64,000 nt of DNA, taken from positions 160,001 through 224,000 of the forward strand of contig CAXXWS020000004.1 of assembly GCA_963665325.3 (NCBI GenBank), read 5' to 3'. The position numbers and the translations under genes are program-made. How positions within the stretch are numbered: the stretch's first letter is position 1; each line of letters opens with the position of its first letter. The notes beneath the pieces were generated by a model. It saw only the letters and a program-made list of their open reading frames with translations, was not told where the DNA came from and did no database searches. This document shows, in pieces, positions 38,185-53,265 of this stretch. The DNA is from Alphaproteobacteria bacterium. GTDB lineage: Bacteria; Pseudomonadota; Alphaproteobacteria; Bin95.

Positions 38185-39126
38185 ATGCAGGGAATGCGGG
38201 TAACGGTATTCGGCGGCGCCGGGTTCGTCGGGCGCTACATCGTCAAGCGGCTCGCGGCGGCGGGCGCCGGCGTCCGGGTCGCATGCCGGGACCCGGAACG
38301 GGCGAAGTTCCTGAAGCCTGCAGGCGACGTCGGCCAGGTCGTGCCGGTGCAGGCCAATCTGCGCTATCCGGAGAGCGTGCGCGCGGCGGTCGAGGGCGTC
38401 GATGCGGTCGTCAATTGCGTGGGCGTTCTGGCGAGCCGGGGGCCGCAGTCCTTCTCGGCGATCCATGCGGCGGGCGCGGGCACGGTCGCCTCCGCTTCCG
38501 CCGAGGCCGGCGTCGGCAAGCTCGTGCATATCTCCGCCATCGGGGCGGATGCGGACTCCACGGCGGCATATGCCCGCTCCAAGGCGGCGGGCGAGGCCGC
38601 GATGCGCGAGGCCTTCGCGCATGCCGCGATCCTGAGGCCGAGCCTCGTAATCGGGCCGGAGGACGACTTCTTCAACCGGTTCGCGCTCATGGCCCGGCTG
38701 CTCCCGGCGCTGCCGCTGATCGGCGGTGGCCTCACGCGCTTCCAGCCGGCCTATGTCGGCGATGTGGCCGATGCGGCGGTCGCGGCGCTCGACCGGGCGG
38801 GCGGCCTGTTCGAGCTTGGCGGGCCGAAGGTCTATTCGTTCAGGCAGTTGATGGAATTGCTGCTCGCCGAGATCGGCCGCAAGCGCCTGCTGGTGCCGGT
38901 GCCGTTCCAGATCATGCAGGCCAAGGCCGCCTTCATCCAGTTCTTGCCCGGCGCGCCGATCACGCCGGACCAGGTCGAATTGCTGAAATACGACAATGTC
39001 GTGTCCGAGGGCGCGGCCGGCTTTGCGGAGCTCGGCATCGAGCCGAGGGACATCGAAACTGTCATCCCCACCTATCTCGACCGCTTCCGCATCCGGGGCC
39101 GCTTCGCCGGGCGCGATCCGGCCTGA
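38185..39126 (+). CDS. Complex I NDUFA9-like NAD(P)-dependent epimerase/SDR
   Basis: VTVFGGAGFVGRY, HISAIGAD, YARSK, FFNRFA, FQPAYVGDVA. Confidence 0.88.
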   Translation: MQGMRVTVFGGAGFVGRYIVKRLAAAGAGVRVACRDPERAKFLKPAGDVGQVVPVQANLRYPESVRAAVEGVDAVVNCVGVLASRGPQSFSAIHAAGAGTVASASAEAGVGKLVHISAIGADADSTAAYARSKAAGEAAMREAFAHAAILRPSLVIGPEDDFFNRFALMARLLPALPLIGGGLTRFQPAYVGDVADAAVAALDRAGGLFELGGPKVYSFRQLMELLLAEIGRKRLLVPVPFQIMQAKAAFIQFLPGAPITPDQVELLKYDNVVSEGAAGFAELGIEPRDIETVIPTYLDRFRIRGRFAGRDPA

Positions 39127-40022
39127 CGCTGCAAGCGGTAAACCGGCCCGCCGGAGGGCGCGAGGCCCGCGCCATCGCGGCGGCGCTCGTGGCAATGGTG
39201 TTCTGGGGCGCCTGGTTTCCGCTGTCGCGCCTTTCCGTCACCGAGTCGATCACGCCCGAGGACCTCGCCATCCTGCGGGTGGGCGTGCCGGCCGTGCTGC
39301 TGCTGCCGGTAGCGCTCCGGTTGGGCTTCAAGGCCGGCAAGGCGGGCTGGTGGGGGACGGCGGCGATGGCCGGGACCATCGGCATCCCCTTCGCGCTGGT
39401 GCTCGGCACGGGCCTGCTCCACGCCCCGGCCGCTCACGCCGCGATCTTCATTCCCGGCACCTTTCCGGCCCTTACCGCGCTGCTCGGCATCCTGCTGCTG
39501 CGCGAGCGGGCCGGCGGACTGAGGCTCACGGGCGTCGGCCTGACCGTGGCCGGCGTCGGCCTGACCGCCCTTTCCGCGCTGCAGGACGCGCCGCCGGGCG
39601 GCCTCGGCGGCTACGCGCTGTTCCATCTGGGCGCCTGGATGTGGGCCATCTACACGGTGACGGCGCGCCGGGCCGAGGTCTCGCCGCTCCACGCGGCAGC
39701 GATCCTTTCCACCGTTTCGACGGCGGCCTTCCTGCCGCTCTTCCTGCTGTTCGGCGAGAGCCGGCTGCTGGAGATTCCCCTGGCCTCCCTGGCCTGGCAG
39801 GCCCTTGTCCACGGCGTTCTGGGCGGCATCGTCTCGATCTGGCTCTACAGCTACGCCATCGGCGTGCTGGGCGCAGGCCGTACCGGCGTCTTCGCGGGCC
39901 TGGTGCCGGGCCTCGGCGCGCTGTTCTCCGCGCTGCTGCTCGGCGAGAGCCTCGCCTGGCCGGAGCTCGCGGGCCTCGCGATCGTCACCGCCGGCATCGT
40001 CATGGTGCAGGCGGGGCGGTAG
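39123..40022 (+). CDS. DMT/EamA-family transporter (start uncertain)
   Basis: About 10 TM segments with two EamA repeats (LLRER, LLGE). Confidence 0.8.
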   Translation: MTLQAVNRPAGGREARAIAAALVAMVFWGAWFPLSRLSVTESITPEDLAILRVGVPAVLLLPVALRLGFKAGKAGWWGTAAMAGTIGIPFALVLGTGLLHAPAAHAAIFIPGTFPALTALLGILLLRERAGGLRLTGVGLTVAGVGLTALSALQDAPPGGLGGYALFHLGAWMWAIYTVTARRAEVSPLHAAAILSTVSTAAFLPLFLLFGESRLLEIPLASLAWQALVHGVLGGIVSIWLYSYAIGVLGAGRTGVFAGLVPGLGALFSALLLGESLAWPELAGLAIVTAGIVMVQAGR

Positions 40023-40036
40023 GCCGGCGTCCTTGG

Positions 40037-40918
40037 CTACCGTCCTCTTGCGATCCGCGTTTCGGCGGCGAGGTTCCACCAGGCACCGGCGACGATCATG
40101 CAGGCGCCGACCAGCACCATCGTCTCCGGCACCTCCAGATAGAGGACGAACCCGACCAGGCCGAGCAACGGTAGCTGGATATAGGTGACCGGCACCACGA
40201 CCGAGATGTCGCCGAGGCGGATGGACTGGTTCATGGTGAGATGCGCGACCACGCCCGTGAAGCCGACAATGGCGATCCAGCCCGCGTCCTCCCACACGAC
40301 CGGCGTCCACTGGCCCCAATTGGCGAGCGCCGCGATGGGCAGCTGGATTATCAGCATGTAGAGGACGATCTGGATCGGCGTGTCCGTGCGCATCAGGTGC
40401 TTGGAGAGCACATTCGCGCCTGCATAGCCGGCCGCGCCGAAAATGCACACCAGCGCCGCCCATTCGACCGGCACCGCGTGGGGCCGCAGGATGACCAGCA
40501 CGCCCGCGAAGCCGAGCGCGACGACCGCCCAGCGCCGGAGCCCCGCGCGCTCGCCGAGGAAGCCGACGGCGAGCAAGGTCGCCCAGATCGGCGTGGTCGC
40601 CATCAGCGCGCTCATGTCGATCAGGCTCAGCGCCGCGATGCCGTAGAACCAGGCGTACTGGCCGACGAAGTGGACGCCGTTGCGGGCGAGATGCAGCAGC
40701 GGCCGGCGGGTGGCGATGCGCCCGGCGGCGAGCGCGAGCGGCAGGGCGGCGAACAGGCCCACGAAGCTCCGCAGCACCATGATCTGCGCGGTGGACATGG
40801 TGTCCGAGAGCTGCCGCGCCGCCACCGCCATCGCCATGAAGCAAAGCACGGTGCCGCACATCCAGAGTGCGCCGACGATATTGTTCCGGGCGGCTATGCG
40901 CCGGTCGGGCGCCCTCAT
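40037..40918 (-). CDS. DMT/EamA-family transporter
   Basis: About 10 TM segments; FLGER...RRW...LGFAGVLVILRP. Confidence 0.85.
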   Translation of the reverse strand: MRAPDRRIAARNNIVGALWMCGTVLCFMAMAVAARQLSDTMSTAQIMVLRSFVGLFAALPLALAAGRIATRRPLLHLARNGVHFVGQYAWFYGIAALSLIDMSALMATTPIWATLLAVGFLGERAGLRRWAVVALGFAGVLVILRPHAVPVEWAALVCIFGAAGYAGANVLSKHLMRTDTPIQIVLYMLIIQLPIAALANWGQWTPVVWEDAGWIAIVGFTGVVAHLTMNQSIRLGDISVVVPVTYIQLPLLGLVGFVLYLEVPETMVLVGACMIVAGAWWNLAAETRIARGR

Positions 40919-42270
40919 CCGCGCGGCGGAAGGCCGGCGAGCAGGCGGTCCACCATCTCCGGCGCCTCGCCCACATAGTTGCCGGGCTCGCAAAGCTGCG
41001 CGAGTGCGTCGCGGTCGAGCTTGGCCGTTACCTCAGGCATGTCCAGCAGCACGTCCAGCAGGGCGCGACGCTCGTCGGTCGCGATACGGCAGGCTTCATA
41101 GACGAGGTCGTGCGCCGCCTGCCGGCCGAGTGCGGGCGCAAGGCCCATCATCACCGCTTCGGAGACGATCAGCCCGCGCGTCATGTCCATATTGGCCCGC
41201 ATGGCTTCCGGATTGACGCGCAGGCCGTCCATCAGGAAACGCGCCTGGGCAAGCGCGCCGGACGCCAGCACGAAGGCTTCCGGAAGCGCCGCCCATTCCA
41301 CGTGCCACGGCCCGGTGGAGCGCTCAAGGTCGGCTGCCATTGCGTCCATGACAAGGGCGGCCCGGCTCTGGACCTGCTTGGCGCAGGCGAGAATGAGTTC
41401 GCTGGAGACCGGGTTGCGCTTCTGCGGCATGGTGGAGGACCCGCCGCGGCCGGGCGCGAAGGGTTCGAAGACCTCGCCCGTCTCGGTCGCGGTCAGCAGC
41501 ACCACGTCGGTCGCGATCTTGGCGAGCGAGCCGGTGACGAGCGCGAGGAAGGCCAGCGTCTCGGCGATGGTGTCGCGCGCGGTGTGCCAGGCGATGGCGG
41601 GCCGGGCGAGGCCGAGCTCCTCCATCAGCGCGTCCGAAACTTCCAGTCCCCGGCCGTGCAGCGAAGCGAGCGTTCCGGCCGCGCCCGAGAACTGGCCCAT
41701 GAGCACGCGCGGACGCAATTGTTCGAGCCGCTCCAGATGGCGCTCGATCGGCGCCAGCCACACCGCCGCCTTGTAGCCGAAGGTGATGGGGAGCGCGTGC
41801 TGGAGGTGCGAGCGCCCGGCCATTGGCGTGTCGCGATATTTGCGGGCAAGGCGCGCAAGGCCGTCCCGGACGGCGATGAGGTCCGCTTCCACAAGGTCGA
41901 GCGCATCGCGGATCTGGAGCACGACGCCCGTGTCCTTGATGTCCTGCGTGGTCGTGCCCCAATGGACGTAGCGTCCCGCATCCCCCTCGCAGAGCGCGGC
42001 AAGGCGGTGCACCAGCGGCATGATGGCGTAGCCGACGCGGTCGACCTCCTCGCGCATGAGGTCCATGTCGATCAGGTCCGCGTCCGCCTTGCCGGAAATC
42101 TGGGCCGCCGCGTCCTCCGGGATTATTCCGAGCCGGCCCTGGACCCGGGCCAGCGCCGCCTCGACATCCAGCCATTTCTGCACTTGGCCGCGCTCGGAAA
42201 ACACCGCCCGCATCGCGTCCGAGCCGAAGAGGTTCCCGTAGATCCCGCTGTCGATGATGGAGACTGGCAT
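40915..42270 (-). CDS. Fumarase-superfamily lyase (3-carboxy-cis,cis-muconate cycloisomerase/adenylosuccinate lyase-like)
   Basis: HWGTTTQD, GRSHLQHALPITFG, GGSSTMPQKRNP. Confidence 0.85.
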   Translation of the reverse strand: MPVSIIDSGIYGNLFGSDAMRAVFSERGQVQKWLDVEAALARVQGRLGIIPEDAAAQISGKADADLIDMDLMREEVDRVGYAIMPLVHRLAALCEGDAGRYVHWGTTTQDIKDTGVVLQIRDALDLVEADLIAVRDGLARLARKYRDTPMAGRSHLQHALPITFGYKAAVWLAPIERHLERLEQLRPRVLMGQFSGAAGTLASLHGRGLEVSDALMEELGLARPAIAWHTARDTIAETLAFLALVTGSLAKIATDVVLLTATETGEVFEPFAPGRGGSSTMPQKRNPVSSELILACAKQVQSRAALVMDAMAADLERSTGPWHVEWAALPEAFVLASGALAQARFLMDGLRVNPEAMRANMDMTRGLIVSEAVMMGLAPALGRQAAHDLVYEACRIATDERRALLDVLLDMPEVTAKLDRDALAQLCEPGNYVGEAPEMVDRLLAGLPPRG

Positions 42271-42403
42271 TGCCCCGCATTCCCCCGCTGCCGCCGGCGC
42301 GCGCAGCCTAGAGCGTTTCGCGCCACGCCGAAATCGCCCGGCGCTTGCGGGCCCGGTAGTGCAAAGGCAGTCTATCGGAGCAATTGCGGAGGGAAGCCGG
42401 GCG

Positions 42404-43108
42404 ATGGTGAAAGCGCTCCTGTTCGATGTGTTCGGCACGGTGGTGGACTGGCGGGGATCGGTAGCGCGCGAGGCGCGCAAGGCGCTGGCGCCGAAGGGCT
42501 ACGACCTCGACTGGCACGGTTTCGCGCGGCGCTGGCGGGACCGCTACCAACCCGCGATGGAGGAGGTCCGCAGCGGGGCGAGGCCCTACACCATCCTCGA
42601 CGTGCTGCACCGGGAGAATCTGGAGGCCCTGCTTGAGGAGTTCGGCGTGGCCGGCCTGAGCGAGGCCGAGAAGGACGATCTCAACCGCGCCTGGCACCGG
42701 CTGGACCCGTGGCCGGACGCGGTGCTGGGCCTTACACGGCTCAAGCGCAAATTCATCGTCGGCACCTGCTCCAACGGCAATATCGCGCTCATGGTGAACA
42801 TGGCCCGCCATGCGCGACTGCCCTGGGACGCGATCCTGGGGGCGGAGGTCGCCCGGGCCTACAAGCCGCAGCCGGACGCCTACCGCCTGAGCTGCGAGGC
42901 GCTCGGCCTCGCGCCGGAGGAAGCGATGATGACGGCCGCCCACAATGGCGACCTGCACGCCGCGGCCGCGCAGGGCATGGCGACGGCGTTCGTGGCGCGA
43001 CGAACCGAACACGGTCCCGGCCAGACGACGGACCTCGAGGCCGACCCCGGATTTACCGTTGTCGCGGAAGACTTCATCGACCTCGCGGACCGGCTCGGCT
43101 GCCCCTGA
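42404..43108 (+). CDS. Haloacid dehalogenase type II
   Basis: LFDVFGTVVDW, SNGN, YKP, AAHNGDL. Confidence 0.88.
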   Translation: MVKALLFDVFGTVVDWRGSVAREARKALAPKGYDLDWHGFARRWRDRYQPAMEEVRSGARPYTILDVLHRENLEALLEEFGVAGLSEAEKDDLNRAWHRLDPWPDAVLGLTRLKRKFIVGTCSNGNIALMVNMARHARLPWDAILGAEVARAYKPQPDAYRLSCEALGLAPEEAMMTAAHNGDLHAAAAQGMATAFVARRTEHGPGQTTDLEADPGFTVVAEDFIDLADRLGCP

Positions 43109-43138
43109 CGGCGCGCGGCGGAAAGGCCCCACCGCGAT

Positions 43139-43164
43139 GTCATGATGTGTCATGTTTCGTCATG
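43139..43164 (-). repeat. Triple CATGAC direct repeat, 10-bp period (copy B end)
   Basis: GTCATG on the + strand at 43139, 43149 and 43159. Confidence 0.8.
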
Positions 43165-43222
43165 GTTCGGCGGCTGGCGGCCGGCGCTCCGGGTCTTCCG
43201 TCCGGTTTCCTGTTTTCGCCAT
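43160..43222 (-). CDS. 20-aa residual ORF of element copy B (MAKTGNRTEDPERRPPAAEP)
   Basis: GAAAGGAGAG RBS; same position as the TerS-like ORF of copy A; stop lies in the first CATGAC. Confidence 0.35.
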   Translation of the reverse strand: MAKTGNRTEDPERRPPAAEP

Positions 43223-43254
43223 GGTCTCTCCTTTCCGTCCGTCTTCGTTCCACT

Positions 43255-43445
43255 TCCGCCGCCGACAGTTTGCCCGAGCGGCGGGTCCCTGTTTCGCGCG
43301 TATCGCGCGCGGGAGGGCGCGCCCGTTAGCGCCGGCGCGCAGGAACCCAGGCGCAGGACGCACGTCACCCGTCGGTTTAATGGGGGTCTTTTTTCGCGCC
43401 GGCGCGAAACGGGAAAGGAAGCGGCTCCGCGGACACCGCCTCCTT
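43255..43445 (-). ncRNA. Candidate structured RNA of unknown family (copy B)
   Basis: Homologous to 34855-35060; see findings. Confidence 0.6.
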
Positions 43446-43457
43446 CCTCCTCGCTCC

Positions 43458-43484
43458 ATACTACCACAGATATTCTGAGGTCAA
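43458..43484 (-). promoter_or_regulatory. Putative promoter of element copy B
   Basis: TTGACC-N15-TAGTAT with a TGn extended -10; AT-rich upstream. Confidence 0.55.
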
Positions 43485-43618
43485 GAAAAATTAGGAATTA
43501 TTGCGAAATATTTTAGAACAAGAATCAACCTGCACGCTCCAGGCGGCGCGCCGAGAAAGGAAAATTCCGGAATCTCGCGCCGGCCCCCATTATCGGGTCC
43601 GGTCGGGGACCGTCCGGG

Positions 43619-44206
43619 TCAGGCGGCCAGCGCCTCCTCGACGAAGTCGAGCCGGTCCTGGCCGAAGAACATCTCGTCGCCGACGAAGAAGGTGGGCGCG
43701 CCAAACACGCCGCGCGCCACCGCCTCTTCGGTATTGGCGATCAATTGCTGCTTGATCCCCGGCTCCTGCGTGGCGGCGAACAGCGCATCGGCGTCGAGTC
43801 CGGCGGCAGTGACGACCTCGCGCAGCACATCGAGGTCGCCGGTGTTCCTGCCCTCGACCCACATCGCCGTGAACACGGCATCGGCATAGGTCTTGAAATA
43901 GCCGTCGCGCTGGGCGGCGAGGCAGCCGCGCATGAGGCCGAGCGTCATGATCGGGAAGAACGGGTTGCGCTGGAACGGCACGCCGTAGCGTTTGGCGAAA
44001 CGTGGAAGGTCGATGCCGTAATAGGCGGACTTGGCCTCCACGGTGCCCGGCGGCGTATTGCCCGTCGCCTTGAAGATGCCGCCGAGCAGCATCGGCTTCC
44101 AGGCGATCTCCGCTCCGGTGCGCTCGGCGATGCCGGGCATCTGCGTGTGGGCGAGATAAGCGGTCGGCGAGCCGACATCGAACCAGAATTCAAGGCGTTT
44201 CGGCAT
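43619..44206 (-). CDS. 2-hydroxychromene-2-carboxylate isomerase/kappa-GST (DsbA family)
   Basis: [36 protein letters not shown]. Confidence 0.88.
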   Translation of the reverse strand: MPKRLEFWFDVGSPTAYLAHTQMPGIAERTGAEIAWKPMLLGGIFKATGNTPPGTVEAKSAYYGIDLPRFAKRYGVPFQRNPFFPIMTLGLMRGCLAAQRDGYFKTYADAVFTAMWVEGRNTGDLDVLREVVTAAGLDADALFAATQEPGIKQQLIANTEEAVARGVFGAPTFFVGDEMFFGQDRLDFVEEALAA

Positions 44207-44357
44207 GGGGGTGTCCCGTCTCCTCGGCGTTCGCCGGACTATAGCGGTTATGCAGCGGCTGGAAACGCCCTTCGCCTGTTGCAGAGAGGTCGCCGCATTG
44301 ACAGGACAGGCCGGTTCGGGAATGGTCCGGGGCCTTTTTCGGGGGGAGGGATCGCGC

Positions 44358-45200
44358 ATGTCGGACGGGACGATGCAAGCCGCCATCGACCGCGCCTGGG
44401 AGGACCGGGCCGGGATCGGGCCGGACACGAAAGGCGAGGCGCGCGAGGCCATCGAGGCGGCGCTCGACGCGCTCGACCGCGGCGAGGTGCGCGTCGCCGA
44501 GAAGGCGGACGGCGCATGGCATGTCCATCAATGGTGCAAGAAGGCGGTGCTGCTCTCCTTCCGGCTCGCCGATTCCGCCCCGGTCTCCGGCGGGCCGGAC
44601 GGCGCGCCCTGGTACGACAAGGTGCCCTCCAAGTTCGAGGGCTGGGACGCGGCCCGCTTCGCCGAGGCCGGCTTCCGCGCCGTGCCCAACTGCGCCGTCC
44701 GGCACTCGGCCTATATCGCGCCCGGCGCCGTGCTGATGCCCTGCTTCGTGAATGTCGGGGCCTGGGTCGGCGAGAACACGATGATCGACACTTGGTCCAC
44801 GGTCGGCTCCTGCGCCCAGGTGGGCGCCAACTGCCACATCTCCGGCGGCGTCGGGCTCGGCGGCGTGCTGGAGCCGCTCCAGGCAGAGCCGGTGATCGTC
44901 GAGGACAACTGCTTCATCGGCGCGCGCAGCGAGGTCGTGGAAGGCGTGATCGTCGGCGAGGGCGCGGTTCTCGCCATGGGCACCTTCATCTCCGCCACCA
45001 CCAAGATCGTGAACCGGGACACGGGCGAGGTGCATACGGGCCGCGTGCCGCCCTACGCCGTGGTCGTGCCGGGAAGCCTGCCGGGCCGGCCGCTGCCGGA
45101 CGGCAGCCCGGGGCCGAACCTCTCCTGCGCCGTCATCGTGAAGACGGTGGACGCGCAGACCCGCGCCAAGACGGCCATCAACGACCTGCTGCGCGACTGA
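44358..45200 (+). CDS. dapD: Tetrahydrodipicolinate N-succinyltransferase
   Basis: [38 protein letters not shown]. Confidence 0.95.
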   Translation: MSDGTMQAAIDRAWEDRAGIGPDTKGEAREAIEAALDALDRGEVRVAEKADGAWHVHQWCKKAVLLSFRLADSAPVSGGPDGAPWYDKVPSKFEGWDAARFAEAGFRAVPNCAVRHSAYIAPGAVLMPCFVNVGAWVGENTMIDTWSTVGSCAQVGANCHISGGVGLGGVLEPLQAEPVIVEDNCFIGARSEVVEGVIVGEGAVLAMGTFISATTKIVNRDTGEVHTGRVPPYAVVVPGSLPGRPLPDGSPGPNLSCAVIVKTVDAQTRAKTAINDLLRD

Positions 45201-46333
45201 TGTCCGGGGGCGCACTCGATCTCGCCCGCACCCTGATCCGCTGCCCGAGCGTCACGCCGGCCGACGAAGGCGCGCTGGACGTGCTGGAGGCGGCGCTCCG
45301 GCCGCTCGGCTTCGCCTCCGAGCGGATGCCTTTCAGCACGCCGGGCACGCCGGACATCGACAATCTCTACGCCCGGCGCGGCAGCGAGGGGCCGTTGTTC
45401 TGCTTCGCCGGGCATACCGATGTGGTGCCCGTGGGCGACCCTGCCGACTGGAGCGTACCGCCCTTCTCGGCAACGGTCGCCGACGGTCGGCTTACCGGGC
45501 GCGGCGCGGCGGACATGAAGGGAGCGATCGCGGCCTTCGTCACCGCCGTCTCCCGCCTCGGCCCGGTTCCGGGCTCCATCGCGCTGCTCATCACCGGTGA
45601 CGAGGAAGGGCCGGCGGTCAACGGCACCCGGCGGATGCTGGAACGGTTGGCGGCGCGCGGCGAGCGCATGGACGCCTGCGTCGTCGGCGAGCCGACCAAT
45701 CCCGCGCGGTTCGGCGAGATGATCAAGATCGGCCGGCGCGGTTCGCTGAACGGGCGTCTGGCCGTGGAAGGAGTCCAAGGCCATGCCGCCTATCCGGACC
45801 GGGCGGACAACCCCGTACATCCGCTGGTCGCCATGGCGCACGCGCTCGCGACCGCCCGGCTCGACGAAGGCACGGACCATTTCCAGCCCTCCTCGCTGCA
45901 GGTCACCAGCGTCGATGTCGGCAACCCGACCACCAACCTGATCCCCGCCCGCGGGGAAGCGCGCTTCAACATACGCTTCAACGACCGCCATACGGGCGCC
46001 GGGCTCGAAGAGTGGCTGCGGCGCGAATTGGACCGGCAAGGGCACGCCTATACTCTGGAGGTCTCGGTCAGTGGCGAGTCCTTCCTTACGCCGCCGGGAC
46101 CGCTGGTGGACCTTGCGGCCGACGCGATGCGGTCGGTTACGGGCCGGATGCCGGAGCTGTCGACTTCCGGCGGCACGTCGGACGCGCGCTTCATCAAGGA
46201 TTATTGCCCGGTCGTCGAACTCGGCCTGGTGAGCGAGACCGCCCATAAGGTGGACGAATATCTGGAAGTCGAGGACCTCGAGAACCTGACGCGCGTTTAC
46301 GAGGCGATGCTGGCGGGCTATTTCCTCTCCTGA
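45200..46333 (+). CDS. dapE: Succinyl-diaminopimelate desuccinylase
   Basis: [42 protein letters not shown]. Confidence 0.95.
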   Translation: MSGGALDLARTLIRCPSVTPADEGALDVLEAALRPLGFASERMPFSTPGTPDIDNLYARRGSEGPLFCFAGHTDVVPVGDPADWSVPPFSATVADGRLTGRGAADMKGAIAAFVTAVSRLGPVPGSIALLITGDEEGPAVNGTRRMLERLAARGERMDACVVGEPTNPARFGEMIKIGRRGSLNGRLAVEGVQGHAAYPDRADNPVHPLVAMAHALATARLDEGTDHFQPSSLQVTSVDVGNPTTNLIPARGEARFNIRFNDRHTGAGLEEWLRRELDRQGHAYTLEVSVSGESFLTPPGPLVDLAADAMRSVTGRMPELSTSGGTSDARFIKDYCPVVELGLVSETAHKVDEYLEVEDLENLTRVYEAMLAGYFLS

Positions 46334-46356
46334 CACCGCTCGGGAGAGCGTTTCGG

Positions 46357-46899
46357 ATGCTCTGGGAAATACGGACGGGTTGCGCCGCAGCAATCGCACT
46401 GGCAGGCGGGAACACGCAACCGGTTTCCGCTCTGACGGACTTCTGGCGCTCTTTCCGCGCAGCCGTCGTCGCGTTTCCTCTTTCCCTGCTGATGCTCGCC
46501 CTGGCCCCGCACGATCTCGAGGTCACGGGAAAGTTGGTTGCATCGGATATCTTCGGTTACATCATCACCTGGACGGCCTTTCCGCTCATCGCCGTCTATG
46601 TGGCGGACCGGATGCAGGTCTTCCCGAACTACTGGCGGTTCATCGTCGCCACAAATTGGGCGAACCTGCTGCAGAGCGCGGTCTTCACCCTCGTCATCCT
46701 GGTCAGTGCATCCGGCGCATTGCCCGAACCGATCGCGGCGATGTTATTCATGGCGGTCTGGTTCTGGATTCTCCTGTTCAAATGGCGCCTCGCGCGCCAT
46801 GGTCTCGGGATTGCGCACTTCCCTGCGGTCAGCATCGTCCTGCTCGATCTCGCGCTCCGTCTCGTCGCCGCCCGGGCAACGATATGGTTCGGCAGTTGA
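46357..46899 (+). CDS. Hypothetical membrane protein
   Basis: About 5 TM segments; FWRSF and FIVATNW; follows dapE. Confidence 0.7.
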   Translation: MLWEIRTGCAAAIALAGGNTQPVSALTDFWRSFRAAVVAFPLSLLMLALAPHDLEVTGKLVASDIFGYIITWTAFPLIAVYVADRMQVFPNYWRFIVATNWANLLQSAVFTLVILVSASGALPEPIAAMLFMAVWFWILLFKWRLARHGLGIAHFPAVSIVLLDLALRLVAARATIWFGS

Positions 46900-46990
46900 G
46901 AGGTCGGGACTTCGCGGCGGGCGGGCGCGATGTTGACAACGGGCGGACCGGACGAGTAGAAGCCGGGGCTTCCGGGCCGGGAAAGATTCG

Positions 46991-47116
46991 ATGAAAGTCG
47001 TTCGTTCGCTGAAGACATTGAAGAAGCGCCACAAGGACTCGCAGGTCGTGAGGCGGCGCGGCCGCATCTATGTGATCAACAAGACCAACCGCCGGTTCAA
47101 GGCCCGGCAGGGCTAG
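46991..47116 (+). CDS. rpmJ: 50S ribosomal protein L36 (Cys-less type)
   Basis: [41 protein letters not shown]; below the ORF-track size cutoff. Confidence 0.95.
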   Translation: MKVVRSLKTLKKRHKDSQVVRRRGRIYVINKTNRRFKARQG

Positions 47117-47120
47117 AGCA

Positions 47121-47666
47121 CTGCGCGCGCTGGCGTTCGCGATCCTTATTGCGCTTTCGGGCGGCATCGCCGCCGCCGACCAGAACGATCCGGAACTGCC
47201 AGCGCTGTTCGAACGCCTTCGGCAACCGATGACTCCGCAGGAAGCGGCGGAGGTGGATCAACGTATCTGGCAGCTCTGGCTGCATTCCGACGACAAGGCG
47301 GTCAACCGTCTCATGGCCCAGGGTGTGATTGCGATGCAGCGGGGCGCGCTCGACCGAGCGCTCGACCGTTTCGGCGAAATTACCAGACGGGCGCCCGATT
47401 TCGCGGAAGGCTGGAACAAGCGCGCCACCGTCCTCTACATGATGGGGCGTCATCGTGAGTCCGTGGCCGATGTGCAGCAGGTGCTCAATCTGGAACCGCG
47501 CCACTATGGCGCGCTGTCCGGCCTCGGCTTGATCCTGGTTGCGCTCGGCCGGGAGGAGGACGCGCTGAAATGGCTCCGCCGCGCCTTGGAACTGAACCCT
47601 TACCTCGACGGGATCCGCGTCCTGGCGGATGATCTCGGCGAGCGCCTGAAGGGCAAACGGATATGA
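47121..47666 (+). CDS. Exported TPR-repeat protein (start uncertain)
   Basis: Signal-like LRALAFAILIALSGGIAAA-DQNDP; PDFAEGWNKRAT; LEPRHYGALSGLG. Confidence 0.8.
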   Translation: MRALAFAILIALSGGIAAADQNDPELPALFERLRQPMTPQEAAEVDQRIWQLWLHSDDKAVNRLMAQGVIAMQRGALDRALDRFGEITRRAPDFAEGWNKRATVLYMMGRHRESVADVQQVLNLEPRHYGALSGLGLILVALGREEDALKWLRRALELNPYLDGIRVLADDLGERLKGKRI

Positions 47667-48340
47667 GTCGGCTGCCGGCCGCCACGCTGGCGCAATTGGA
47701 GGCTGCCGGCGTCGAGACCGGCCGCCCATTGTTGATTTCCGATGCGGACGAAGTGCTGTTCCGCTTCGTCGAAACTTTCGTCGGGCATATCGAGGAACAC
47801 GGCTATTCGTTCGACTGGTCGTCTTTTCGCCTTACAGGGAACGTGCGCAGGCAGGTTGACGGCGCGGTGCTGGACCAGTCTCAGGTCTTCGCCCTGTTGC
47901 AGAATTTCTTCGCCGGGTGCGCCGAGGACATCCCGCCGGTGCAGGGCGCAGCGGAAGGGCTCGCCCGCCTTGCGCACGCCGGCGTTCAGATCGTGGTGCT
48001 GACCAATATCCCACCCGCCCAGCGGGACGCCCGGCGGGTGGCGCTGGCACGGAACCGGATGCCCTATCCCGTCGTCGTGAACACGGGAGACAAAGGCCCG
48101 GCGGCAGCCTGGCTTGCGGCGCGGGCCGGAAGCCGCGCCGTCTTCGTCGACGACGGGCCGAACAACCATGTGTCGGTCAAGCAGGCAATGCCCGCCATCA
48201 CATGCCTGCATTTCGTGGCGACCGAGCGCCTTGCACGGCTGGTCGAGAAACCGCCGGAAGCGGACGGTCGTCCTGAGGACTGGCCGGCGCTGGAGCGCGC
48301 CGTCGCGGCCGCGCTCGGCGTTACTTGTGGCGGAACGTGA
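47663..48340 (+). CDS. HAD-fold hypothetical protein
   Basis: [21 protein letters not shown]. Confidence 0.75.
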   Translation: MSRLPAATLAQLEAAGVETGRPLLISDADEVLFRFVETFVGHIEEHGYSFDWSSFRLTGNVRRQVDGAVLDQSQVFALLQNFFAGCAEDIPPVQGAAEGLARLAHAGVQIVVLTNIPPAQRDARRVALARNRMPYPVVVNTGDKGPAAAWLAARAGSRAVFVDDGPNNHVSVKQAMPAITCLHFVATERLARLVEKPPEADGRPEDWPALERAVAAALGVTCGGT

Positions 48341-48539
48341 TCCGTCCCTTGGTCAGGTCGTAGGGCGTCATCTCGACATCCACCCGGTCCCCGACCATGA
48401 CGCGAATACGAAACTTGCGCATCTTGCCTGCGGTGTGCGCGATAATCTCGTGTTCGTTTTCCAGTTTTACGCGAAACATCGCGTTCGGCAGCTTTTCGGT
48501 TACGGTCCCGCCGAAGACCATCATTTCCTCTTTCGACAA
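48321..48539 (-). CDS. infA: Translation initiation factor IF-1
   Basis: [12 protein letters not shown]...[29 protein letters not shown]. Confidence 0.97.
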   Translation of the reverse strand: MSKEEMMVFGGTVTEKLPNAMFRVKLENEHEIIAHTAGKMRKFRIRVMVGDRVDVEMTPYDLTKGRITFRHK

Positions 48540-48599
48540 AGGCAGACGCCCTCCTTTTCGTGTTTACCGGCCCTTTATTCAGGATAGTAGCCGGCCTCG

Positions 48600-53253
<4,654 letters not shown>

Positions 53254-53265
53254 GGCGGCCGGATG

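Noticed and set aside
36124-39195. Very long overlapping ORFs (1000 aa and 962 aa), and similar ones at 43745, 50654 and 24795
   Set aside because: Stop-poor antisense or shadow frames expected at high GC; only the motif-bearing parts were called
43515-43530. LexA box (GAAC-N7-GAAC) upstream of copy B
   Set aside because: The second half-site and spacing are imperfect, and the motif is not conserved in copy A
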